Shown one piece after another: positions 39,001-47,555 of a DNA stretch of 64,000 nucleotides (positions within the stretch are counted from its first letter, which is position 1; every line of letters starts with the position of its first letter). Under the pieces are notes generated by a model. That model had not been told where the DNA came from, ran no database searches, and saw only the letters and a list, made by a program, of their open reading frames with translations. The stretch is from the NCBI GenBank assembly GCA_902770045.1, contig CACXRO010000010.1, positions 25,857 through 89,856 on the forward strand. Direction: 5' to 3'. Both the position numbers and the translations under genes were made by a program. The stretch is from an uncultured bacterium (lineage in GTDB: Bacteria > Verrucomicrobiota > Kiritimatiellia > RFP12 > UBA1067).

Positions 39001-41416
39001 ACCATTCTCCATTTCCAATGGCGGCGCGGGCATCGGCGGCGGCTACAAGATCGACTGCGGCAACATCGTCATCGAGGACGGCGTCGTCAATGCGGCGGGC
39101 GACACGCACGCCGCCGGCATCGGCAGCGGCATGGAAGGCACGTGCGGCAGCATCACCATCAAAGGCGGCGATGTCACCGCCACGGGCGGAACGCTGGCGG
39201 CGGGCATCGGCACCGGAACGGACGGTACCTGCGGAAAGATCACCATCACGGGCGGCACCGTTGACGCCCTGGGCAACAGTACCGCGGCCGGCATCGGCGG
39301 CGGCGGAACCTTTGGCGGAACGATCACCTGCGGCGACATCACCATCGACGGGACGGACACGCGGGTCGTCGCAAACGGGGGTGAGGACAGCGCCTACTCC
39401 GTCGGCAAGGGCGGGAGCACGGTGACGGTGGCCGGCGAAACGGGGCCGCGCGCGGAAAAGCCGTTCCTGTATCCGATGGCCTACATCCAGGCGGGCAGGT
39501 ACTTCAAGAAGACGCTTGCGGCGATGGGGTACGAGGTGCCGACGGACGGGACGCCGTACAGCGTGAAGGCGCTGGGCCTCCCGGCCGGGCTGAAGCTCAA
39601 GTACAACGCGGCGGTGAAGAACAAGAAGGGCAAGGTCGTCACCAAGGCGAAATCGACATGGTGGATCGAAGGCGTGCCCACGGCCGCGCTCGACTACGTG
39701 ACGACCCCGGCGTACCTCGTCATCACCGTAAGCGGCAAGACGGAGACGCTACCGCTGCTGATGGACGTGAAGGCGCAGAAGGTAAAGAGTCTCGGCGAGT
39801 TGCCGCTGGGCGTGAAGGTGACGAAGACGGGCACCGCCTGGCTTGAGGGCTTCGGCGTGGGCTGGACGTTGACGGGGCTTCCGAAGGGCCTCAAGTACAC
39901 GGCCAAGTACATCAAGAAGGTCGCAGAAGCCGACACCGTCTACGGTACGCCCACGAAGGCGGGGGTGTTCACCATCACGGCGAAGAAGAAGGTGGGCGGC
40001 TACTACGAAACCCTGAAGTACAAGGTGACCGTGCCGCCAAAGGCCGCGGATGCGGCGCTGTTCGGCGCGCTGGAGAACAAGCTTTCGGTGGCGCACGACT
40101 CGGTCGTGAACTGGAACCTGAAGGACGATGTCTCGGCGCAGGGCGGCAATGTCGTGAAGGTGACCGGCCTTCCGCCCGGGCTCACGTTTGCCGCGAAGGA
40201 TACGTACGCCTATACGAATCCCAAGAAGCAGACGGGCAAGTACCTTAAGCAGACAGGCCAGACGATCGTGGGCACGCCCACGAAGGCGGGAACCTACGTG
40301 GTGACGTTCACGAAGAACGTGAAGAGCGGCAAGAAGACCGTCGCCAAGACCGCGCAGATCTTTTGGAAGGTAGAGGCGTACTGGAAAAAGCCGACGCTCG
40401 ATTTCAACAATGCCGGCGGAGAGGTGGCCGAATGCTCGATCGGCCTCAAGTACGGCGAGTTGATGGAGTTCCGCGCCGCGGAGGGCGTGACGGTGACGGC
40501 GAGCGGCCTGCCGAAGGGAATCGCGCTCGTCGATCTTGGCGGCGGGAAATGGGGCTTCAAGGGCTACACGACGAAGGCGGGGACGTATCTGGTGACGGTG
40601 AAGGCGACGCTGAACGGCAATGCCGTGACGCAGCGCATCGCGCTCAAGGTGAACGGGCTCCCGGCGTGGGCGAAGGGCTCGTTCAACGGCGGCGTCACGA
40701 AGTATTCTGACAATTCCTACTGCGGCCTTGCGACGGTGAGCGTGACGAGCGCCGGCAAGATCAGCGGAAAGCTCTTCTACGACGACGGGGACGGCAAGCC
40801 GAAGACGTGGACATTCAGCGCACCGTGCTTCAGCGCGGGTTCTGCGGATAAGTACTCTGTCGATGTGACGGCGAAGTACGCGTACAAGGTGAAGGAGAAG
40901 GTGAAGGGCAAGTGGACGACCGTGACCAAGTACCTCAAGAGGCCCTTCAGCATCACCGTTCAGCCGGGTTGGGGTACAGGTGGCGGTGTTTCCATCAGGT
41001 CAGACTGGAATGACAGCCAAATCGGCGAATACGGGGAAATAGTGCTCACGTACACTTGTCAGAATCTCTGGGGCTCGACGTACAAGACCATCGGCGCGAA
41101 GGTGTTCTACACCAGCAAGAAGGCGAAGTACAAGGTGTTCAAGTACACCGTGGACGTGGGCGGCAAGAGCTGCGCGCTGTCGGTCAAGGTGACGACAGCC
41201 GGCAAGGCCACCGCGACGTTGACGTACGACACGGGGAAGAAGAGCAAGGGCAAGACCGTCTACTACAAGCCGACCTGCTCCACGGTGGTGCTCCAGTATA
41301 CGACGCCCGAATACTACAGCCAATCCAAACAGTTCGGCGGCGAGGTTGATCTCTACTTCGCGCCGTCCGCCGGGAACAACTTCCCGGGCTGGGGCGGCTA
41401 CGAGATGGTGCCCTAA
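36032..41416 (+). CDS. giant secreted surface protein (1795 aa): four beta-helix-like Gly-rich modules plus C-terminal Ig-like (He_PIG-type GLPxGL) domains
   Basis: Signal peptide MKRIFTAIAAAIGLATGASAA. Four tandem modules of ~210 aa each carry ..DGATVTLS..[FW]AG[IL].C.GD.TI.L.G.N.V.GF..PGI.V..GKTLT..G.GSL and many AAGIGGGY..CG.I.I.GG..TA.GG units. The C terminus has repeated GLP[AKP]GL motifs. Confidence 0.7.
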   Translation: MKRIFTAIAAAIGLATGASAATIDLSHVTSNTTIAHGDTVTGTLTHKCKISIADGATVTLSNVTITTNSVGTSEGSWAGITCLGSSTIILSGVNTVHGFREPPNAGHARSFPAIAVAANNWLFIQGDGSLTAVGADNAAGIGGGGSEFYVENGDSGRIVIKSGDITAIGGYGGAGIGGAYDNGTCGPITIEGGTVTAIGGTRAAGIGGGYRARCDGITINGGVVTAKGRSGGAGIGGGYESCGAITIKGGTIVATGGAGEDIFGVAGSSKYFYQSVGGAGIGGGANGSCGGIVIDGGTIAATGGVIAAGIGSGTKGSCGNITINYGWISACGGGGNVTNYVSSAPRSVTGYAGGAGVGCGYNARCGDIAINGGTVFAAGGIAAAAIGGGGHSYILQQLSPGVSSTCGNISITLATGNGTCVYADAGGSGSIAIGAGDYGKCGEVTLADGLYDWNNVSGFRRVSWNGDFSLLSGGDTYIVTGTHLRGTFSGAGKLTIANGAVVFLEGVSIIGYNNTKYPWAGLECQGDATIYLAGDNMVKGNYKDCPGIHVPAGKTLTFTGSGSLAAYGGGTTGSGASRSAGIGGGYNIDCGNVVIAGGDITAVGGQYAAGIGGGYGAACGSIVISNGISHVTATRGDGASNPIGKGYSGSGGLVKIDSGLSDVIIGVTRYIGSSIVKLDALTGARTAEDGATLTGSFSSIDKYKITIADGATVTLSGLKIYGENSNKYPFAGLTCEGDATIILEGDNIVDGFYYYPGIFVPPGKTLTIKGDGSLMARSSNEGNGAAAGIGGGYKIDCGNIVIEGGSITAIGGDNCPGIGGGHNAACGDITIGPGIRRVEATRGPSGLLPIGRSETGTCGTITVDPSLNDRTATSGLYLQTRYISTCNLSMIAEDTVFSNGAILTGTLDGECKISLLGGTVTLRDVSIYGMDIESCPFAGITCIGDTTLILEGENFVQGFLKTYPGIHVMPGKTLTIKGSGSLTAQSHDVGPFSISNGGAGIGGGYKIDCGNIVIEDGVVNAAGDTHAAGIGSGMEGTCGSITIKGGDVTATGGTLAAGIGTGTDGTCGKITITGGTVDALGNSTAAGIGGGGTFGGTITCGDITIDGTDTRVVANGGEDSAYSVGKGGSTVTVAGETGPRAEKPFLYPMAYIQAGRYFKKTLAAMGYEVPTDGTPYSVKALGLPAGLKLKYNAAVKNKKGKVVTKAKSTWWIEGVPTAALDYVTTPAYLVITVSGKTETLPLLMDVKAQKVKSLGELPLGVKVTKTGTAWLEGFGVGWTLTGLPKGLKYTAKYIKKVAEADTVYGTPTKAGVFTITAKKKVGGYYETLKYKVTVPPKAADAALFGALENKLSVAHDSVVNWNLKDDVSAQGGNVVKVTGLPPGLTFAAKDTYAYTNPKKQTGKYLKQTGQTIVGTPTKAGTYVVTFTKNVKSGKKTVAKTAQIFWKVEAYWKKPTLDFNNAGGEVAECSIGLKYGELMEFRAAEGVTVTASGLPKGIALVDLGGGKWGFKGYTTKAGTYLVTVKATLNGNAVTQRIALKVNGLPAWAKGSFNGGVTKYSDNSYCGLATVSVTSAGKISGKLFYDDGDGKPKTWTFSAPCFSAGSADKYSVDVTAKYAYKVKEKVKGKWTTVTKYLKRPFSITVQPGWGTGGGVSIRSDWNDSQIGEYGEIVLTYTCQNLWGSTYKTIGAKVFYTSKKAKYKVFKYTVDVGGKSCALSVKVTTAGKATATLTYDTGKKSKGKTVYYKPTCSTVVLQYTTPEYYSQSKQFGGEVDLYFAPSAGNNFPGWGGYEMVP
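38393..38441 (+). repeat. 49-nt segment repeated identically at 39029-39077 inside the giant protein gene
   Basis: ggcatcggcggcggctacaagatcgactgcggcaacatcgtcatcgagg occurs twice, about 636 nt apart. Confidence 0.85.
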
Positions 41417-41505
41417 GCCGCGCACCGCGCGCCCGTCATCGGCATGGATGGAGGTCTGCGGAGGCGCTGGCTGCAACTGGTTCGACATTTGAAAGAAACA
41501 ATACG

Positions 41506-44500
41506 ATGAAAACAAAACTGACGGCGATGGTACTTGCGGCTGGCGCGGCGCTCGGCGCGGCGGCAGACGAGGTGGTGCGCTGGTATGATTCCGCGCAGAA
41601 GGTGACATGGGGGTACATCCTCTCGAACGGCGAGGCCACGATCTCCACGCCGGGGTTCTGGGACTCCAACGCGAGGGACATCTGCAAGGGCGACATAACG
41701 GTGCCTGCGCGGATCGGCCCCGGCGGACCGGACGGCGCGGTCACGTACCCCGTGCGCGACATGGCGCCGGGGCTCTTCAGGAACTGCACCAAGGTGACGA
41801 GCGTCACGCTTCCCGACGGCATCAGGCGTGTCGCCTGCCAGGCGTTCTATTTTGACAGCGGCTCGACCCTCACCAACGTGACGGTTGGCGCGGGATGCCT
41901 TGACATCGGCGAGGAGGCATTCTGCCGGTGCCATGGCCTGGTGCAGGTGAACATCCCGAACACGGTTACCAACATCGCCAAAGGCGCGTTCATGATGTGC
42001 TGGGCGCTTCCTCGCGTCGACATTCCGGGCAGCGTGAAGACGATTGGCGACAGCGCCTTTTCGGCGTGTTCCGCGCTTGAGGCCGTGACGTTCGGCGACG
42101 GCATCGAGATCATCGGCGCCGATGCGTTCATGAATTGCGGTCTGTTGTCGGCGGTTGACCTGCCGCCGTCCGTGAAGTCCATCGGCGACCGCGCGTTCTC
42201 CGGGTGCAACGCGCTCGGCGCGTGCGAACTCCGCGAAGGACTGGAGTCCATCGGCGATTACGCGTTCAACTCATGCAGTTCTTTGACCAACGTGGCGATA
42301 CCGGCGAGCGTCAAGCACGTCGGCTGCGGCGTCTTCTCGTCTTGCAGCAAGATGGCGTTTGATGCCGAGACGGTTCCCGGAATCGGCCTGCTCTCCGGCT
42401 GGGCGGTGGCGGCGGACAGCCCGTCCGGCTCGGTCGACCTCTTTGGCGTGAACGGCGTTGCGGACGGACTGTTCAATGGGCAGCGGTACGTCACGCACGT
42501 CGTGTTCGCGCCTGGAATCGAGACGCTTGGGCATGACATGTTCAACGGCTGCGCCGAACTCAAGTCCGTCGGACTGCCTGCTGCCCTGAAGACGATCGAG
42601 GACCGGGCCTTCCAGAGCTGCCAGAAAATTCAGGCCGTGAACATCCCCTCGGGCGTCACGAACATCGGGCAGCTGGCGTTTGGGTACTGCGAGAAGTTGG
42701 CGGCCGTCTCGTTGCCCGACGTCCTTGTCGCGATGGGCGACAACGCGTTCGAGGGCTGCACGAATCTGACGTCCGTGACAATTCCCGCCTCGCTCAAGCG
42801 GATCCCGATGGGCGCGTTCGAGTGGTGTACGAGCCTGACGAACGTCACGGTCGAGGATGGCGTTGAGGTAATCGGCAACGCGTCGTTCCGCCGTTGCACG
42901 GGGCTTTCGTCGTTCACCATCCCCGACAGCGTGAAGGTGGTCGAGGATATTGCTTTCGAAAACTGCACGTTCCTCGACACGGACACGATCGCCAACGTGG
43001 AGCTGGCCGACGGGTGGATCGTCGGCAGCAGCCAGCCGAACCTCACCGAGGTGACGGTTCCCGGCGATGTGCGCGGCATCAGCGAATGTGCGTTCTCGTA
43101 CCGCAACAACCTCACGAATGCGGTCGTGGAGGAGGGCGTGGCGGTGATCCCGTTCCAGGCCTTCGCCTTTGATGCAAAGCTGACAGACGTCGCGCTCCCC
43201 GCTTCGCTGGTCGAGATCGGCAGGCAGGTCTTCTGCGGATGCCGCAGCCTCGTCGAAGTGTACGTTCCCAGCAACGTGGTCGTAATTGGCGAGGAGGCGT
43301 TCGCCTCTTGTTCGGAGCTGCAGAAGGTGTATCTGCCGATTTCGCTAAAGGGCAAGGTGAACGAGACGAGTCTGGTCAACGGAAGCTTTAACGCGCAGAT
43401 ACTCTATTACAGGCCGGATGGTTCGCTGGAGCCGCCGCCCGATCCTCCCATTCTTGAGCCTGATGTGGAAACATGGGCCGTGACGTTCAATCCGTGCGGA
43501 GGGGTGCTTGAAGAGGGTGCCGAGAGCGTTGTCGAAGTGGAACGAGGTTCCGCCATCGGAACCTTGCCCGTCCCAACGCGAGTCGGCTACGCTTTTGGCG
43601 GCTGGTACACCGCGAAGACGAAGGGAACGAAGATCACGACGAAGACGAAGGTGACGAAGAACGTCACCTACTACGCGCGCTGGACGGTGCGGAAGTACAA
43701 GGTGGCGGCGTCCGTGAGCGCCAAGGCGGCCGGCTCGGCGAGCGGCGCGGGCTTGAAGGCGTATGGCAGCAAGGTCACGCTGAAGGCGACGCCGAAGAAG
43801 GGGTACGTGTTCGTGAGGTGGGTGAACTTGGCCGACGAGGAAACGCCGTGGCCGAGCGCGGTCAAGTGCCGTCAGCCGAGCGTGACGTTTGCGGTTCCGG
43901 CGGCGAACGTGTCCGTGCGCGCCGTGTTCGCCAAGGCGTCGGCGGACGCTGTGCCGATTCTCGCCGTTGCGCCCGCTGAGGACTGGTTCGTGGAAAGCGA
44001 GCCGGATCGCGAGATGTCCGTCGCGGCGGAATCGCTCTCCTATCCCACGGTGACGCTCTCGGGTGCGCCTGCGGGGATTGGCCTCGTGCGTGTTCCCGAG
44101 ACGGACTGCAAATACGTCATGAAGGTTACGGACGCCTCGAAGCTGAAACCGGGCGTGTACACGGCGAAGATCATGGCGAAGAACCGCGCCGGGAAGAGCG
44201 TGTCGAAGTCCGTCAGGATCGTCGCGCCGAACTCTTCGGCGGCGATCGCGAACGGACTGATCGCGGGGCTTGAGACCTCGACGCTCTCGCCATACTTCGT
44301 CGACGGCGGCACGAAGACGAAAAGGACGCTCGCCGACATCGGCGTGGAGGTGTTCGCGACAAACGGCTGGAAGCTTGCTTCCGTGACGGGCCTGCCGACG
44401 GGACTCTCCTGGAACGGCTCGGCCATCGTCGGCGCGGCGTCGAAGGTCGGCATATATGCCGTGACCTTCAAGATGCAGAAGAAGGTGGGGTCGGGCAAGA

Positions 44501-45429
44501 AGGCGAAGACGTACACGTCCATCGCGACCGCGACGTTCACGGTGGAGGCGCTTTTGCCGACGGAGCTCGCGGGCACGTACAACGGTTTCGCCAATACGAA
44601 CGTCCTTGTGCCCGACGAGGGGGACGAGGGCGAAAACGGTGACGGCGAGGGCGAAGGCGAGGACGAGGAAACGTATGGCGTCTATACGCCGATTGTGGAC
44701 GGCTGGGCGTCTTCGGTGAAGGTGACGGTGACGACCGCCGGCAAGGTCACGGCGAAGATCGGCGGCGTCACGCTTTCCGGCGCGGGCTTCGACAGCGAGT
44801 CGAACGGCGTGTACGCTGTAACGCTCAAGAAGACGCAGAAGGTCACGAAGGGCCGCCTGAAGGGCGGAACCAATGTCTGGGTCGCGGAACTCATGATCGA
44901 CACGACTGCCGGGTGGGATGCGTGCCAGATAACCGGCGACTACTACACCTACAACACCAAGATGCCGAGCATGACGGCTCCGACATGGATTGTCGCGCAG
45001 CGCAACCCGTTCGCGCTCGCAGAGGCGAAGGCGGTGGCGGCGGCGGTCGTTGCGAGCGGCAGGAACGGTGCGAGGAAGTTTGTCGTTTCAAAGACGCATG
45101 GCGAGGACTTCGACTACGCGCTCGAATGTGCCGAGTGCATGGCTGGCGGCAAAGCGTCGCTGACGGCAAAGGCGAAGGCGGACGGCACTGTGGCGCTCTC
45201 GGGCAAAATCGGCGCGAAGGCGGTGAGCGGCACGGCGGTCCTCGAGGTCTCGCCCGAGGTCGTCGAGATGTACGAGGACTACGACGATCCCGATAATCCG
45301 ATCGAGGTGCCTGTTCGCGTTCGCACGGCGACTGCCCGGTTCTTGACGTCAAAGTTCGTGATCGAAGTCATCTACACGCTTGAGGACGGGGAAGTTGTCG
45401 ACACATTCGGCAAGGTCTGGAGGCGATAG
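41506..45429 (+). CDS. large secreted surface protein (1307 aa): BspA-type leucine-rich repeats, Listeria-Bacteroides (Flg_new) repeat and Ig-like domains
   Basis: Signal peptide. Repeated IP.SV..IG..AF..C..L units are BspA-type (LRR_5) repeats. GYAFGGWYTAKTKGTKITTKTKVTKNVTYYARW is a Listeria-Bacteroides repeat. A GLPTGLSWNG Ig-like segment is present. Confidence 0.7.
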   Translation: MKTKLTAMVLAAGAALGAAADEVVRWYDSAQKVTWGYILSNGEATISTPGFWDSNARDICKGDITVPARIGPGGPDGAVTYPVRDMAPGLFRNCTKVTSVTLPDGIRRVACQAFYFDSGSTLTNVTVGAGCLDIGEEAFCRCHGLVQVNIPNTVTNIAKGAFMMCWALPRVDIPGSVKTIGDSAFSACSALEAVTFGDGIEIIGADAFMNCGLLSAVDLPPSVKSIGDRAFSGCNALGACELREGLESIGDYAFNSCSSLTNVAIPASVKHVGCGVFSSCSKMAFDAETVPGIGLLSGWAVAADSPSGSVDLFGVNGVADGLFNGQRYVTHVVFAPGIETLGHDMFNGCAELKSVGLPAALKTIEDRAFQSCQKIQAVNIPSGVTNIGQLAFGYCEKLAAVSLPDVLVAMGDNAFEGCTNLTSVTIPASLKRIPMGAFEWCTSLTNVTVEDGVEVIGNASFRRCTGLSSFTIPDSVKVVEDIAFENCTFLDTDTIANVELADGWIVGSSQPNLTEVTVPGDVRGISECAFSYRNNLTNAVVEEGVAVIPFQAFAFDAKLTDVALPASLVEIGRQVFCGCRSLVEVYVPSNVVVIGEEAFASCSELQKVYLPISLKGKVNETSLVNGSFNAQILYYRPDGSLEPPPDPPILEPDVETWAVTFNPCGGVLEEGAESVVEVERGSAIGTLPVPTRVGYAFGGWYTAKTKGTKITTKTKVTKNVTYYARWTVRKYKVAASVSAKAAGSASGAGLKAYGSKVTLKATPKKGYVFVRWVNLADEETPWPSAVKCRQPSVTFAVPAANVSVRAVFAKASADAVPILAVAPAEDWFVESEPDREMSVAAESLSYPTVTLSGAPAGIGLVRVPETDCKYVMKVTDASKLKPGVYTAKIMAKNRAGKSVSKSVRIVAPNSSAAIANGLIAGLETSTLSPYFVDGGTKTKRTLADIGVEVFATNGWKLASVTGLPTGLSWNGSAIVGAASKVGIYAVTFKMQKKVGSGKKAKTYTSIATATFTVEALLPTELAGTYNGFANTNVLVPDEGDEGENGDGEGEGEDEETYGVYTPIVDGWASSVKVTVTTAGKVTAKIGGVTLSGAGFDSESNGVYAVTLKKTQKVTKGRLKGGTNVWVAELMIDTTAGWDACQITGDYYTYNTKMPSMTAPTWIVAQRNPFALAEAKAVAAAVVASGRNGARKFVVSKTHGEDFDYALECAECMAGGKASLTAKAKADGTVALSGKIGAKAVSGTAVLEVSPEVVEMYEDYDDPDNPIEVPVRVRTATARFLTSKFVIEVIYTLEDGEVVDTFGKVWRR

Positions 45430-45537
45430 CAGGGAGTTGCCGTTGACGGAAAAGAATGGGTCCAAAATTGCGTTCACTCTGGCAAAGTGCCCGCTCTGAA
45501 GGGTGATTTCACCTGGGCCCCGGAGGGCAGGTGAATA

Positions 45538-45546
45538 TGGTATAAT
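45538..45546 (+). promoter_or_regulatory. extended -10 (GAATATGGTATAATACGC), leaderless
   Basis: TATAAT is at 45541-46 and ATG is at 45555. Confidence 0.55.
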
Positions 45547-45554
45547 ACGCGGCA

Positions 45555-46700
45555 ATGGCGGAAATGCACGAGACGCCTTCGGCGAACAGGCTGCGCATCG
45601 CGTTCTTCGGTCCGAGGAACGCGGGCAAGTCCACGCTCGTGAACGCCTTCACCGGCCAGGACGTCGCGATCGTGAGCGACGTTCCCGGCACCACCACCGA
45701 CCCGGTCTCGAAGGCGATGGAGATCCCGCCGCTCGGCCCCTGCCTGGTCACCGACACCGCCGGGCTCGACGACGAGGGCGAGCTCGGGGCGATGCGGGTC
45801 AGGCGCACGCTCGAGGTGCTGGCGGTCGCCGACGTCGCGGTATGGGTGGAGGGTGCGGACCCTGACGCCTGCTCCGCCCTGCGCGAACGGTTCTTCGCGG
45901 AGTGCCGCCGCAACGGCACCGCGGCGATCGTCCACCGCCGCGGCGACGGCGTCGACGAGCTGATGCGCAAGGTCGCCGCGGCGAAGGTCACGGAGCGCGA
46001 GCGCGGGCTCCTCGACGGAATCGTCCGCGACGGCGAGCGGCTGGTGCTCGTCTGCCCGATCGACTCCTCGGCGCCGAAGGGGAGGCTCATCCTGCCGCAG
46101 GTGCAGCTGGTCCGCGAATGCCTCGACCGCCACCTCGCCTGCGTCGTCTGCCAGCCGGAGGAGCTCCCCGGCGAGCTCGTCCGGGCCGGCGGCGCGGCGC
46201 TCGTCGTCACCGACTCGCAGGCCTTTGCCGCGGTCGCCGCCGCGGTGCGCGCCCACGGCGGCGCTTCGACGCGGCTCACTTCGTTCTCGATCCTCTACGC
46301 GCGGCAGAAGGGGGACCTCGCCGCCTACGCCGGCGGAATCGCCGCGGCGCGCCGGCTCCGCGCCGGCGACCGGGTGCTGGTGGCAGAGGGATGCACCCAT
46401 CACCGCCAGTGCGACGACATCGGCGCGGTGAAGATACCGAAGGCGATCGAGCGGCTCTCTGGCGCGCGCCCGGAGTTCTCCTTCGCGAGCGGCGGCACCT
46501 TCGACCTCGGCGCGGACGGCGGCGGCTTCGCGCTCGCGGTGCAGTGTGGCGGCTGCATGCTCACGCGCCGCGAGGTGCTGCGGCGGATCCGGCTCTGCCG
46601 CGAGGCCGGGGTGCCGGTGGTCAACTACGGCATGCTGCTCGCCGCGGCAGGCGGCCTCGGCGAAGTGCGGGCGGACGGAACGGTGGAGACGAGGGAATGA
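45555..46700 (+). CDS. hydF: [FeFe]-hydrogenase maturation GTPase HydF
   Basis: The GTPase domain GPRNAGKSTLVNAFTGQDVAIVSDVPGTTTDPVSKAMEIPPLGP, the dimerisation domain (PIDSSAPKGRLILPQV) and the FeS motif EGCTH..(47)..QCGGC all follow the HydF consensus, except for Gln at the usual His position. Confidence 0.75.
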   Translation: MAEMHETPSANRLRIAFFGPRNAGKSTLVNAFTGQDVAIVSDVPGTTTDPVSKAMEIPPLGPCLVTDTAGLDDEGELGAMRVRRTLEVLAVADVAVWVEGADPDACSALRERFFAECRRNGTAAIVHRRGDGVDELMRKVAAAKVTERERGLLDGIVRDGERLVLVCPIDSSAPKGRLILPQVQLVRECLDRHLACVVCQPEELPGELVRAGGAALVVTDSQAFAAVAAAVRAHGGASTRLTSFSILYARQKGDLAAYAGGIAAARRLRAGDRVLVAEGCTHHRQCDDIGAVKIPKAIERLSGARPEFSFASGGTFDLGADGGGFALAVQCGGCMLTRREVLRRIRLCREAGVPVVNYGMLLAAAGGLGEVRADGTVETRE

Positions 46701-47503
46701 AGACCAACTACCATACCCACACCAACTGGTGCGACGGACGCGACTCGATGGAGAGGATGGCGCTCGCGGCGGTGGACAAGGGGTTCTCCGAGCTCGGGTT
46801 CTCCTCGCACGCGATGCTGCCGGCGGGTCCGCTCGACTGGACGCTCACCGCCGGACGCCTCGGCGACTACGTCACCGAGGCGCGCGGGCTCGCTGACGGC
46901 TACGACGGGCGGCTCAGGGTCCTCTGCGGAATCGAGGCGGACTATCTGCCGGGCGCGTCCAGCCCCGACCGCCAGGTCTACGCCGCCTACGACCTCGACT
47001 ACATCATCGGCTCGGTCCACTTCGTCCGCGCGCCGGACGGCGCGGCAGTCGCGGTGGACGCGTCGCCGCGCGAGCTCGCGGACGGAATCGCCGCGCATTT
47101 CGGCGGCAGCGCCGAGGCGCTGGTGCGGGCGTACTTCGCCGCCGTCAGGGAGTCGCTTGCATTCGACTTCGACGTCGTCGGCCATCCCGACCTGGTGCGC
47201 AAGTTCAACCTGAAGCACCCGTACTTCGACGAGCGAGCCGCCTGGTGCCGCGAGGAGCTGGAGCGCACTGCGGACGCGATCGCCGCGAGCGCCAAGGTCG
47301 TCGAGGTCAACACCGGCGCGATCTCGCGCGGCTGGCTCGACGACGCCTATCCCTCGGCGGAGTTCCGCGCGCTCCTGCGCAGCCGCGGCGTCAGGTTCGT
47401 CCTCAGCTCCGACGCCCATTCCGCCGACGCGCTCGACTGCGCCTTCGATCGCTTCGCCGCAGAGGAGGAGTACGTCGACTCCTCGGCCTTCGCGAACCAC
47501 TAG
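46697..47503 (+). CDS. PHP-family histidinol-phosphatase-like protein
   Basis: YHTHTNWCDGRDS, GFSSHA and SSDAHS are PHP metal-binding motifs. ATGA overlap with hydF. Confidence 0.7.
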   Translation: MKTNYHTHTNWCDGRDSMERMALAAVDKGFSELGFSSHAMLPAGPLDWTLTAGRLGDYVTEARGLADGYDGRLRVLCGIEADYLPGASSPDRQVYAAYDLDYIIGSVHFVRAPDGAAVAVDASPRELADGIAAHFGGSAEALVRAYFAAVRESLAFDFDVVGHPDLVRKFNLKHPYFDERAAWCREELERTADAIAASAKVVEVNTGAISRGWLDDAYPSAEFRALLRSRGVRFVLSSDAHSADALDCAFDRFAAEEEYVDSSAFANH

Positions 47504-47536
47504 CCACCCTCCTTCGCCCTGTCGGGCTACGGAGGG

Positions 47537-47545
47537 CGGGCGAAT
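47537..47545 (+). promoter_or_regulatory. extended -10 (GAATATGGTATAATACAC), leaderless tkt
   Basis: TATAAT is at 47540-45 and ATG is at 47556. Confidence 0.55.
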
Positions 47546-47555
47546 ATGGTATAAT

